DNA of 64,000 bases from Cellvibrionales bacterium (GTDB lineage: Bacteria; Pseudomonadota; Gammaproteobacteria; Pseudomonadales; UBA7239), in the NCBI GenBank assembly GCA_016713115.1, contig JADJPU010000001.1, forward strand, positions 923,762 through 987,761, given 5' to 3'. The notes under the pieces were generated by a model. The model saw only the letters and a program-made list of their open reading frames with translations, had not been told where the DNA came from and did not search any database. The stretch's first letter is position 1; each line of letters starts with the position of its first letter. The position numbers and the translations under genes were made by a program. Shown here piece after piece: positions 1 to 9,260 of this stretch.

Positions 1-1
1 T

Positions 2-493
2 CCAGAAATCACACTGCACATCCCAGCGCTCAAACCGTTTCCGCTGGATGCCATAAAACAGCTAGAAGATTTAACCGCCCTTGCGCCGCAAAACACCGGT
101 TTTATCGGCAGCTCACTGGGCGGCTTTTATGCAGTTTACTTGGCAGAAAAATTTCAGGCGCGCGCAGTGTTGATCAATCCTGCTGTGCGTCCGTTTGATT
201 CGCTGGCGCAATACTTAGGCGAGAATAAAAACTTTCACACACAAGAAAGTTATGTGTTAACACAGCAACATGTTGATGATTTGCGTGCGCTGTATGTTGC
301 CGCACCTACACATCCTGAGCATTTGCTTCTGCTCACGCAAACAGGTGATGAAACGCTGAACTTTCGTGAGGCTGTAACGCATTTTCAGCGCAGCCCAGCG
401 GTGATTGAATACGGCGGCGATCACGCTTTTCAACACGCGGAAAAACATTTTCAACACATGCTGTCTTTTCTACAGCAAACCACTCGCCTCTAA
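2..493 (+). CDS. yqiA: YqiA-family esterase (alpha/beta hydrolase); N-terminus lies upstream of the window
   Basis: The frame is open from the window edge (first full codon at nt 2) to the stop at 491-493. The translation has a GSSLGG nucleophile elbow (nt 107-124) and a C-terminal GGDHAF motif, as in E. coli YqiA/UPF0227 esterases. Confidence 0.6.
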   Translation, partial: PEITLHIPALKPFPLDAIKQLEDLTALAPQNTGFIGSSLGGFYAVYLAEKFQARAVLINPAVRPFDSLAQYLGENKNFHTQESYVLTQQHVDDLRALYVAAPTHPEHLLLLTQTGDETLNFREAVTHFQRSPAVIEYGGDHAFQHAEKHFQHMLSFLQQTTRL

Positions 494-496
494 CAA

Positions 497-2075
497 TCAC
501 ACGCCATCGTATTGCGCGTAGTACGCCGCAAGATAGTCTTCAAAACTTTGCGCTACCGGCTCTGCCTCCGCCGCACTCTGTTGTTGTGAAGAGGCTTGTG
601 CCATATCAACAAAATAGTTCTGTTGTTCTTCTGACAGCGTCTGCGTAGAAAAATAGTTGGCGTGCTGTTGCGCCAATTCACCAGTCAATTGGAAGAATGA
701 TTTTTCAGACGCGCGCATATCCTGCAACACGCGCGCAGAAGTTGTGAGTTGGTTGTCTCGCAGTTTTTGGTATTGCAAGTCCACGCTATTACTGTAATGC
801 GTGGTTTCGTAGGCGTGATCCAGCAACTGTGCACTCTGTGAAATTTCATCTTGCATCTGCAGTGCCCACTGCAACACGCTACGCTGCTCGCCACCCACTT
901 CCAGCAGCAAACTGGGATCGCGGCCGCGCTCTACCACCGCCGCCTGATTGCGCGCCAATTGCACATATTCTTCTTCGTCGGTGAGCGGGCTATCGCTCAG
1001 CAAACACCACAACAAAAACACTTCAATAGACATCCATCCCCAAAGGTAAATACGGATCCAGATCCAAACAGCGCACTTCGATGTATTCCACACCGCGCTC
1101 ATGCAGGGCGCGGATTGGTGTTTCACCGGATCGCACCACACGCTTGGGACGAATGGTGCTGTAAAACTCGTTTTCGATCTGCAACAAACTGGTGCTGAGT
1201 TGTCGATAGTGACCATCAGCATCACGCACACCGATTTTTTCATACGGCGCGTAAGGCGTTATCAAACCTTTTTTTAGCGTTTGAATATAACTGGGCAAAC
1301 CGTTGTAGCACACCATCAAAGCGGCTTGCGCATCGCTTTGATAGCCCAGGCCACCCATGCGCAAAGAAGTAGCAAATGGCAAATGCAAACTATTACCACT
1401 GCCATCAAACGACGCCAGATGATGTTGGCGTTCTTGCACAAAGCTGGCACACAGCGCCGGTGACGCACCAAATAAATACAACAACAACCATAAGTGACGG
1501 CGAAAATTTCGAATCAAATCAAAATAGCGGCGCGTTTTAAAATCTTGTAACGCGCCGTTGTTGCCTTCTTGTTGTTGCAAAAATACCCAAAACGCATCGG
1601 AAAACGAAACATTGTAATGAATGCCGGCAATCGCCTGCATGCTTCTACCGTAGCGATGTCCTAAGCCTTCGCGATACGCCGTTTTCATGCGTGCAGTATG
1701 TGTGCTGCCGTATTGCGCCAAAGGAATGCTGTTATCACCGCCCAACACACAAGGCATGCTGGCGGGCCAAATTTTTTCGTTCTGCTGTTGCAATACGCTG
1801 TTGGTATAAACATGTATGCGCTGCAGCCACGCCAACGCCTCTTCCATCGTATTGCACGCCGGCGTAATAAACTCTAACAAGGCTTCGGAAAAATCGGTGG
1901 TGATATTGGGATGTTTGAGCGCAGAACCCAAAGCGGCGGGATGCGCTGTCTGCGCCAAGCTTCCATCTGGCGTAACGCGCAGACTTTCTTTTTCGATACC
2001 GCGCCGTATACCGCGCAGCAGTTGATAGCGATCGCCTTGCTGCAACGCAGAAAAACGCTGTTCAAAAATACTCAT
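497..2075 (-). pseudogene. gshA: glutamate--cysteine ligase (GshA); reading frame broken near nt 1023-1045 as assembled
   Basis: ORF 1023..2075 (350 aa: MSIFEQRFSAL..., ...SEALLEFITP..., ...VEYIEVRCLDLDPYLPLG) matches the N-terminal two thirds of E. coli-type GshA and stops at TGA 1023-1025. The missing C-terminal third (...IEVFLLWCLLSDSP... to the end) continues in the frame of ORF 497..1243. Removing one base (for example from the C4 run 1038-1041) fuses them into about 525 aa. Confidence 0.85.
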
Positions 2076-2428
2076 GCTTCCAGCGATCCCTGTACAGAAT
2101 CGCCTGCAATTTCTGTTGTTTCCTCCAGTACACTTTCTGTCTCTTCATCCTCCAACGGCGCCGCTTCTGGCTCATCAAAGGTCACCGGCGCAGAGCGGCG
2201 CGCCGGCTCCGCATCACCCAATAACGGAATATCTTTGTCATTCAATGGACACTGCAACAACACCAAACGCTGCTCTATATCGCGCGCGTTGTTTTCGATC
2301 ATGTGGTTCAGCGCCACATCGCGGTGCGGAGAACGCCAAGCAGCAGCAGGTTCACTGTCATCCAACCACTGCCCCTGTTTGCCGAGAAACAAACCCTGCT
2401 GATTGCTGATGACAAACACTTCTTTCAT
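2072..2428 (-). CDS. hypothetical protein with an acidic C-terminus, translationally coupled to gshA
   Basis: 118-aa ORF. Its stop overlaps the gshA ATG by 4 nt (ATGA at 2072-2075). The C-terminal third is rich in E/D/P. I recognise no motif. Confidence 0.5.
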   Translation of the reverse strand: MKEVFVISNQQGLFLGKQGQWLDDSEPAAAWRSPHRDVALNHMIENNARDIEQRLVLLQCPLNDKDIPLLGDAEPARRSAPVTFDEPEAAPLEDEETESVLEETTEIAGDSVQGSLEA

Positions 2429-2436
2429 AACTGTTC

Positions 2437-4167
2437 CTAGAGAAAACGAATAACACCCAGCACCTGAGCGGGCGCATTATTGCTCAGCAAAAACACACGA
2501 TATTCTGAGGGCGGCAGTTGTTTTTTCAAGACCACAATCGGTTCATATTGCTGCGTTTTCGCGTTGATATTGCGTGCGTCTAGCATCATGCGATAAGTCG
2601 ATTGCCCGCAAAACAATAACCCTGTTACTTCAGGGTTAATGGGCGCATCCACCTGCAACTCTACCGCCAACGCTCTCGCTTTTTTACTATAAACGCGCAC
2701 TTGCGCTGTAGAAAAGTTTTCAGACGATACAGGACAATATTCTGATGACACGCTATCTACAGCTACTGGCTTATAGCGGTCATCAATTGCATTGTAGGGA
2801 TTGTAATAGCCCTGTTGATAGGCATTAAACAAACGCCAATCTTGATTGTGCGGATAAAAAGGCATCTGTGAACGCCCCATGCCGCCGTCGATCAACCAGT
2901 TGTAGTGCGATATTTTGATGTTGTTACGCTCCTGCGCAATATCGTCCAACACATGCAGCGAAGCTACTTGCAGCAATACACAAGCCGCCAGCACAAAATA
3001 ACGCAGCCAGCGCTGCGCATAAATGTGCAAAAAACTTCCGCACAGCAATACCAACAACAACGAAGTGTACAAACGGTAACGAGAAACTAAACCGGTTTCT
3101 GCGCCGAAAGCACGGCCGCGACCCAACGCAACCAGCGCCAGAGAAACCAAAACCAACAGCAATACGCTGATAAAAAAACGATCAGATCGGCTGCGCATAC
3201 GCCAGCCATTTTGCAACAGCAATACCAGCATCACCGCGCCAACAATAGCAGCCGGCTGCCATTGTTTGGCAGCAAAAATCGTAGCGCCGATAGCGGCCAA
3301 CCACGAAAAAAATGCCTGTACCACGGACACCCATACAGCCACGGGTGTGCCGTAAGAAGGCTTGAAGTAATCCTGCAAATTTTCTGGATCGGTATACAAC
3401 ACATAACGCCAGAGATGATCTGCTGCAAAAGGACTTTCATACCAACAGTACAACGCCGTGGTGACTAAAAATGCGAGTAGCCATACGAAAAATTGCCGCA
3501 CATTTTGCTGTCTTCTCTCCATATACGCCGCAAACACATTGCTCGCCAACAGAGCAGGCAATACCAGCAGGCCGTTAAATTGACTGCCGATTGCCAACAG
3601 CGCCCAAAAAAGCGGCGCCATAATTGCCGCCGGATTGTTTGCCACACTGCGCGCCGCCAACAGCGCAAACAAAATCACAATTTGATTGGAGATAGCCGTC
3701 ATCGCCCAGAAGCTGGCGTTCCAATAAAACAGATTGAAAAACAAACCGATGGCAATAGCCGACGCATACCACCAGCCCACGGTTTTTTTCAGCCAGTCAG
3801 CCAACACCCAACAACAGGCCAACAAAATTGCATTGCCCATCAGTTCGTAATGAAAAAAATTAATCTGCTTAAACAGTGCGTAATCCAGCAAATACAGCAA
3901 ATGGTTGATGATGGTGACATGCTCGTGGTTGGGCAGCGCAATAACCGCCGGCCACTCCCACCAGTGTTCACGCGAGAGAAAAATCTCAAAAAACCACAGC
4001 ACATCGACAAAATCGTCGGCCTGCCCCGCATCTAAGGCAAAGTAAAAAAAGACAGACCCGTAGTAGCACAGCGTGCCAACCACTACCGCGAGACAGCACA
4101 GTTTTTCTGTGTGTGAAATGGTTATGGCGCGGTGCGGTTCAAGTGGTGCTGTCATCGCGTCGTTCAA
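2437..4167 (-). CDS. polytopic inner-membrane protein of unknown function with a C-terminal ~170-aa soluble domain
   Basis: 576-aa ORF. Many hydrophobic segments span about aa 20-400, followed by a hydrophilic tail. The start could also be M5 (4155). The 5' end overlaps the repaired tatC 3' end (stop 4139-4141). Confidence 0.6.
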   Translation of the reverse strand: MNDAMTAPLEPHRAITISHTEKLCCLAVVVGTLCYYGSVFFYFALDAGQADDFVDVLWFFEIFLSREHWWEWPAVIALPNHEHVTIINHLLYLLDYALFKQINFFHYELMGNAILLACCWVLADWLKKTVGWWYASAIAIGLFFNLFYWNASFWAMTAISNQIVILFALLAARSVANNPAAIMAPLFWALLAIGSQFNGLLVLPALLASNVFAAYMERRQQNVRQFFVWLLAFLVTTALYCWYESPFAADHLWRYVLYTDPENLQDYFKPSYGTPVAVWVSVVQAFFSWLAAIGATIFAAKQWQPAAIVGAVMLVLLLQNGWRMRSRSDRFFISVLLLVLVSLALVALGRGRAFGAETGLVSRYRLYTSLLLVLLCGSFLHIYAQRWLRYFVLAACVLLQVASLHVLDDIAQERNNIKISHYNWLIDGGMGRSQMPFYPHNQDWRLFNAYQQGYYNPYNAIDDRYKPVAVDSVSSEYCPVSSENFSTAQVRVYSKKARALAVELQVDAPINPEVTGLLFCGQSTYRMMLDARNINAKTQQYEPIVVLKKQLPPSEYRVFLLSNNAPAQVLGVIRFL

Positions 4168-4875
4168 CTAGGCGCGAGAAAAAAATGCCCGCCTCAAACA
4201 ACAGACACATCGGCACAGCCAACATCAACTGCGACAGCGCATCAGGCGGCGTCAACACGGCGGCGATGATGAAACAGCACACGATAATCCACGATCTTTT
4301 TCTACCAGTGCCGCCGAGGATGTCACGCCCATCAACACCAACAACACCGTCGCCACCGGAATTTCAAAGGTAAAACCGAAAGCCACAAACATACCCAGCA
4401 CCACATCCAAGTAGCGCGAAATATCCGGCGCATAGGTCACGCCCTCCGGCAGTATTCGGCTCATAAAGCCGAACATCACCGGAAAGACCAAGTAATACGC
4501 GAATGCAACGCCGGCATAAAACAACAATACGCTGGATGCCAAGAGCGGGCTGGCAATGCGCTTTTCGCGCTGATAAAGCCCAGGCGCAATAAACGCCCAC
4601 ACTTGATACAACAAAAAAGGCACGCAGAGAAAAATTGCCGCAACAAACGCCAGCTTAAACGGCGCGGTGAACGGCGCAATCACTTCGGTGGCCAACATGC
4701 CTGTGCCGTTAGGCAAGTAGTGCAATAAAGGTTCTGACAAAAAATGAAATAAATCATTAGCAAAAAATGCCAATCCAATAAACACCGCCAGCACGGCGCA
4801 AATACACCACAGCAAACGCCTGCGCAGCTCCAGTAAATGTGCAATCAGCGGCTGCTCTTGCAAATCATCCGTCAT
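4139..4875 (-). pseudogene. tatC: Sec-independent translocase TatC; frame broken at a T5/A5 homopolymer (4297-4301) as assembled
   Basis: ORF 4252..4875 is TatC-like ([22 protein letters not shown]...FTFEIPVATVLLVLMGVT) but ends in nonsense sequence. The expected C-terminus (KRSWIIVCCFIIAAVLTPPDALSQLMLAVPMCLLFEAGIFFSRL...) is read in another frame down to TGA 4139-4141. One extra A in GAAAAAG restores a 245-aa TatC. Confidence 0.9.
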
Positions 4876-5189
4876 GGCGCACTTTTTCCGTTCTCATCAG
4901 CGGTAGAGTTTTTTTCTGGCTCCACCATTACTTCATCCTTTAATACGCGCTCTATCGCCTGCTGCGGCTCGTGCAAACTTTTCATAATAGCTTCGTTGTG
5001 CAACTGGCGACGAATATCATCCGCACCCAATTCACGCTCCACCTCGCGCCGCGTATCCGACAACACGCGCTTAAACCGGCCTATCCACAAACCGGCGGTG
5101 CGCGCCGCTTGCGGCAGACGCTCGGGGCCAAACACCACCAGCGCCACCAGCGCCGTCAGCAGCAGCTCCGAAAAACCAACATCAAACAT
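4872..5189 (-). CDS. tatB: Sec-independent translocase TatB
   Basis: [26 protein letters not shown], the typical TatA/B N-terminal TM helix plus amphipathic helix. It overlaps the tatC start by 4 nt. The order tatA-tatB-tatC is conserved. Confidence 0.9.
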   Translation of the reverse strand: MFDVGFSELLLTALVALVVFGPERLPQAARTAGLWIGRFKRVLSDTRREVERELGADDIRRQLHNEAIMKSLHEPQQAIERVLKDEVMVEPEKNSTADENGKSAP

Positions 5190-5203
5190 TGCGCGCAGCC
5201 GCT

Positions 5204-5413
5204 TTAAGCGGGCGGATTACTTTTATCGTCGGGTAAGTTTTTTTGCGCAGCATCTTCTGCGGGCTTCTCTTCTTCACCGTCCTGCATCGCTTTCTTAAAG
5301 CCTTTAATCGACGCACCTAAATCCTTGCCAAGATTTTTTAGTTTTCCCGTGCCAAAAATCAGCACCACAATCGCCAACACAATCAGCCAATGAATCGGAC
5401 TACCGAAACCCAT
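5204..5413 (-). CDS. tatA: Sec-independent translocase TatA
   Basis: 69 aa, [29 protein letters not shown] (TatA/E signature FG..KL..LG), directly upstream of tatB. Confidence 0.9.
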   Translation of the reverse strand: MGFGSPIHWLIVLAIVVLIFGTGKLKNLGKDLGASIKGFKKAMQDGEEEKPAEDAAQKNLPDDKSNPPA

Positions 5414-5417
5414 AACC

Positions 5418-5756
5418 TTACCTCGCCGCTTTTTCGTCTAAGCCCGACAAATCAAATCGTCGCGCCAATTCATTCAACACATCCTGCGCTGATAAATCCA
5501 AATGCGACAACAGCACCAGCGTGTGAAACCACAAATCGGCTGTTTCATAAATCAATTTTGATTTATCCGCGCCGTGTTGCACATCTTTGGCGGCCAGCAG
5601 CGTTTCGCCACTTTCTTCCGCCACTTTTTTTAAAATTTGATCCAGACCTTTGGCGTGCAGGCTGGCGACATAGGATTTTTCTGTTTCACCAGCCTGCTTG
5701 CGCGCTTCCAATACAGCCGTCAATTGTTCCAATACATTTTGCATATCAAGCACCAT
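5418..5756 (-). CDS. hisE: phosphoribosyl-ATP pyrophosphatase HisE
   Basis: 112 aa with ...[31 protein letters not shown]...[13 protein letters not shown], the HisE/MazG-like pattern. It overlaps the hisI stop. The alternative start M5 (5744) is possible. Confidence 0.85.
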   Translation of the reverse strand: MVLDMQNVLEQLTAVLEARKQAGETEKSYVASLHAKGLDQILKKVAEESGETLLAAKDVQHGADKSKLIYETADLWFHTLVLLSHLDLSAQDVLNELARRFDLSGLDEKAAR

Positions 5757-6150
5757 AAATCTGCGCGGGGTCTTTCAAAACAGCGTCTACAGTTTGCCAC
5801 TCGCCATCTTTTAATACGCGATAAAAACAGGATTCGCGCCCTGTATGACAAGCAATGCCGCCCTGCTGTTCCACTTGCAACACGATCACATCCGCATCGC
5901 AGTCCAAACGAATTTCATGCACCGTTTGTACATGACCAGACTCCTCGCCCTTGTGCCACAACTTTTGACGCGAGCGCGACCAGTACACTGCTTCTTTACA
6001 GCGTGCCGTTTCCGCCAAAGCATCGCGGTTCATCCACGCCACCATCAACACACGGCCAGTTTGCTGATCTTGGGCAATGGTGGGGATAAGACCATCGCTA
6101 TCCCATTTCACCGCATCCAGCCACACCGCCGTATCCGCCCCATTACTCAT
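5746..6150 (-). CDS. hisI: phosphoribosyl-AMP cyclohydrolase HisI
   Basis: 134 aa with ...[26 protein letters not shown]...[18 protein letters not shown]...[26 protein letters not shown], conserved HisI motifs. Confidence 0.9.
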   Translation of the reverse strand: MSNGADTAVWLDAVKWDSDGLIPTIAQDQQTGRVLMVAWMNRDALAETARCKEAVYWSRSRQKLWHKGEESGHVQTVHEIRLDCDADVIVLQVEQQGGIACHTGRESCFYRVLKDGEWQTVDAVLKDPAQIYGA

Positions 6151-6240
6151 ATCACATCAATACAGGTATAAAAGTGCCTACATTGTAGCTGCCTCGCCCC
6201 GTATAATGCGCCCCCTTTTGCCCACTCCACCGGTACCCGC

Positions 6241-8073
6241 ATGTCCACCGCACACCCGATCGAAAAGCTGCGCAACGTCGCCATCATTGCCCACGTTGAC
6301 CACGGCAAAACCACGCTGGTGGATAAGTTGCTGAAACAATCTGGCACGCTCGACCGCCGCAGCCAAGAGGCGGAGCGCGTGATGGACAGCAACGATCAGG
6401 AGAAGGAGCGCGGCATCACCATCCTCGCCAAAAACACTGGCGTGGATTGGAACGGCTACCGCATCAATATCGTGGACACCCCTGGGCACGCCGATTTCGG
6501 CGGCGAAGTGGAGCGCGTGTTGTCGATGGTGGATTCTGTGCTGCTCTTGGTCGATGCCTTCGACGGCCCCATGCCGCAGACGCGCTTCGTGACCAAGAAA
6601 GCCTTTGAACACGGCCTGAAGCCCATCGTGGTGATTAACAAAGTGGATCGCCCTGGCGCGCGCCCACACTGGGTAATGGATCAAGTGTTTGAATTGTTTG
6701 ACAAATTGGGCGCGACCGACGAGCAGCTCGACTTCCCTGTGATCTACGCCTCCGCCCTGAACGGCGTGGCCGGCTTGGAAGTGGACGCGCTGGCCGACGA
6801 CATGACCCCGCTGTTCCAGATGATTGTGGATCGCGTGCCGCAACCGGACGTGGATCTCGACGGCGCTTTCCAAATGCAAATCTCGGCGCTGGATTACAAC
6901 TCTTATGTAGGCGTTATCGGCATCGGACGCATCAAGCGCGGCAAAATCAAGCCCGGCTCGCAAGTCAAAATCATCAACATCGACGGCAAAGTGCGCCAAG
7001 GCAAATTGCTGCAAGTGATGGGGCATTTGGGCTTGGAGCGCGTGGAAGTGGAAGAAGCCACCGCGGGCGATTTGGTGTGCATCACTGGCCTCGACCAACT
7101 GAATATTTCCGACACCATCTGCCAAGTGGATGCCGTGGAAGCGCTGCCGCCGTTGGTGGTGGATGAGCCCACGGTGAGCATGACTTTCCAAGTCAACAAC
7201 TCGCCCTTCGCCGGTAAAGACGGCAAGTTTGTCACCAGCCGCAACATCAAAGAGCGTTTAGAGCGCGAGCTGTTGCACAATGTGGCGCTGCGCGTGGCGG
7301 AAGGCGACAGCCCCGACAAATTTATTGTGTCCGGTCGCGGTGAATTGCATCTTTCGGTGTTGATTGAAAGCATGCGCCGCGAAGGTTTTGAACTCGGGGT
7401 GTCGCGCCCCGAAGTCGTGACCAAAGAAGTGAACGGCGAAACACACGAGCCGTTTGAAGTGGTGGTGATTGATGTGGAAGAACAGCATCAAGGACCGATC
7501 ATGGAAGAGATGGGTCGCCGCAAAGCCGAATTAAAAAACATGGAAATCGACGGCAAAGGTCGCGTGCGTTTGGAATACCTCGCACCCTCGCGCGGCTTGA
7601 TCGGTTTCCGCAACAGCTTCCTCACCATGACTTCCGGCTCCGGCATCATGACTTCAGTGTTCGATCACTACGGCCCCGCCAAAGCGGGCGACTTGGGCGG
7701 ACGCGTCAACGGCGTGTTGGTGTCGATGACGCCAGGCAAAACTCTCGCTTACGGTTTGTTCAGTTTGCAAGATCGCGGGCGCTTATTTATTGACCCGAAT
7801 GTGGATGTGTACGAAGGACAAATTGTCGGCCTGCATTCGCGCGACAACGACCTCGTCGTCAATCCTACGAAGGCAAAACAGCTCACCAATATTCGCGCCG
7901 CCGGCACCGATGAAGCGCTGATTCTCACACCGCCGATTCGTCACTCGCTGGAACAGGCGCTGGAATTTATCGAAGACGACGAGCTGGTGGAAGTGACGCC
8001 AAACTTTATTCGTCTGCGCAAAAAATTGCTGACAGAAAACGAAAGAAAACGCGCGGGTAGTAAGAAAAGCTAA
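6241..8073 (+). CDS. typA: translational GTPase TypA/BipA
   Basis: 610 aa. G-motifs [17 protein letters not shown] and NKVD, with an EF-G-like domain order. A perfect TATAAT lies at 6202-6207 upstream. Confidence 0.95.
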   Translation: MSTAHPIEKLRNVAIIAHVDHGKTTLVDKLLKQSGTLDRRSQEAERVMDSNDQEKERGITILAKNTGVDWNGYRINIVDTPGHADFGGEVERVLSMVDSVLLLVDAFDGPMPQTRFVTKKAFEHGLKPIVVINKVDRPGARPHWVMDQVFELFDKLGATDEQLDFPVIYASALNGVAGLEVDALADDMTPLFQMIVDRVPQPDVDLDGAFQMQISALDYNSYVGVIGIGRIKRGKIKPGSQVKIINIDGKVRQGKLLQVMGHLGLERVEVEEATAGDLVCITGLDQLNISDTICQVDAVEALPPLVVDEPTVSMTFQVNNSPFAGKDGKFVTSRNIKERLERELLHNVALRVAEGDSPDKFIVSGRGELHLSVLIESMRREGFELGVSRPEVVTKEVNGETHEPFEVVVIDVEEQHQGPIMEEMGRRKAELKNMEIDGKGRVRLEYLAPSRGLIGFRNSFLTMTSGSGIMTSVFDHYGPAKAGDLGGRVNGVLVSMTPGKTLAYGLFSLQDRGRLFIDPNVDVYEGQIVGLHSRDNDLVVNPTKAKQLTNIRAAGTDEALILTPPIRHSLEQALEFIEDDELVEVTPNFIRLRKKLLTENERKRAGSKKS

Positions 8074-9260
8074 GCGAGAAAGTTTTTCACCTTCTCCGCC
8101 TGCACCATGCAGTCCTTGTAGCCATGGTGCATCAGCTCCTCGCAATAAGAGGATTCAAACAGCAGATAACTGGCGATACTGGCGCCGCCCGATGGCCGGG
8201 TAGCACCTATCGTCTTGAGAAATAATCGCAAAGATTTTGGCAAACTACCAATGTGTTTGGCGGCAATTTCGTCAAAGTGCACGCTAGGCGAAATCACCAA
8301 GGTCTCTACTGCGCGCACATGAAGATTGCGCTGTTTTTCTTCACTGAAATCGCGCACAAAATCATTGAAACGATTCATCATATTGATGTCTTCTTCCATC
8401 GAATCAACAAATGCACTGTTCAACATCTGTGCAAAAATTTGCGCAATGGAGGGGGAGAACACTTTGTTATTGCGATTAATCTCCAGATGACCAAGGTTTC
8501 TTCTGCCACTGACACCGATCACCAGAATTTTTTCTGCACCCAAATGCAATGCTGCGCTCATGGGAGAAGATTGACGCATCGCGCCGTCGCCAAAAAATTC
8601 GCGGTGAATATGCACGGCTGGGAATAATGCAGGCAGAGCGGAAGATGCCATTAAATGTTTGTGTGTAATATCTTCGCGCAAACCAATGCGATGAATGCGA
8701 TGCCAGTTTTCAATCTCTTGGCTGCCTTGAAAAAAACTGATGCTCTGACCACTGTGATAACCCATAGCGGTGATACACAGGGCGCGCAAATAGCCGCTTT
8801 GAATTAATTCCGGCAGAAATTGCAGATCGATATTTTCTAGCAACAAGTGATACAGCGGCATGTTGTCGAACAGCGACAGCGGCCTGCCGAAAGTGATACC
8901 ACTGCGAAAAAAGGACAATAGCAATTTCAGTGAGCTGCCCAGTAATTCGCCATAGCCAATATGCACCACCTTTTCTGCGTGCAAGTTACCCCAAATGTTT
9001 TCTAGCTTGCTGATTCCTTGCGCAAAATGATCGGCTTGCGTTGCCAACATCGCCGCGTTGATGGCGCCGGCAGAAGTGCCGCAAATAATCGGAAAAGGGT
9101 TCGCGCAAGCCGGCGGCAATATTTCGGCAATTGCTTTCATTACACCCACTTGGTAAGCCGCACGCGCGCCACCGCCCGACAATACCAACGCTGCCTGTGC
9201 AGGAATATTGCAGGCCTCCATGCTGACGGGTTCAACAACTGCGTTGGCTGTTTTAATCAC
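8070..9260 (-). CDS. patatin-like phospholipase (RssA-like)
   Basis: Oxyanion loop LSGGGARAAY, catalytic GTSAG and a downstream DGA(M) aspartate motif. A GTG start at 9260 overlaps the upstream TGA (GTGA). An alternative ATG lies at 9221. Confidence 0.85.
   Translation of the reverse strand: MIKTANAVVEPVSMEACNIPAQAALVLSGGGARAAYQVGVMKAIAEILPPACANPFPIICGTSAGAINAAMLATQADHFAQGISKLENIWGNLHAEKVVHIGYGELLGSSLKLLLSFFRSGITFGRPLSLFDNMPLYHLLLENIDLQFLPELIQSGYLRALCITAMGYHSGQSISFFQGSQEIENWHRIHRIGLREDITHKHLMASSALPALFPAVHIHREFFGDGAMRQSSPMSAALHLGAEKILVIGVSGRRNLGHLEINRNNKVFSPSIAQIFAQMLNSAFVDSMEEDINMMNRFNDFVRDFSEEKQRNLHVRAVETLVISPSVHFDEIAAKHIGSLPKSLRLFLKTIGATRPSGGASIASYLLFESSYCEELMHHGYKDCMVQAEKVKNFLA

Noticed and set aside
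1046-1243. N-terminal ~65 codons of track ORF 497..1243 (MKKSVCVMLMV...) as a separate gene start.
   Set aside because: This part overlaps the gshA N-terminal ORF in another frame and is Cys/Trp-rich nonsense. Only the portion downstream of ~1040 is GshA-like. The two ORFs are treated as one disrupted gshA.
4297-4301. Programmed ribosomal frameshifting as the explanation for the tatC, coaBC, ftsE and gshA frame breaks.
   Set aside because: These genes are not known to be recoded. The sites are plain mononucleotide runs (A5, A6, G4, G4) without stimulatory structures that I can see. Four hits in 64 kb, all in conserved housekeeping genes, point to a technical homopolymer problem.
6178-7191. 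337-aa ORF on the minus strand opposite typA.
   Set aside because: It is a shadow ORF of a GC-rich, strongly conserved gene. The translation is His/Arg/Ala-rich with no motifs. It lies entirely within typA.
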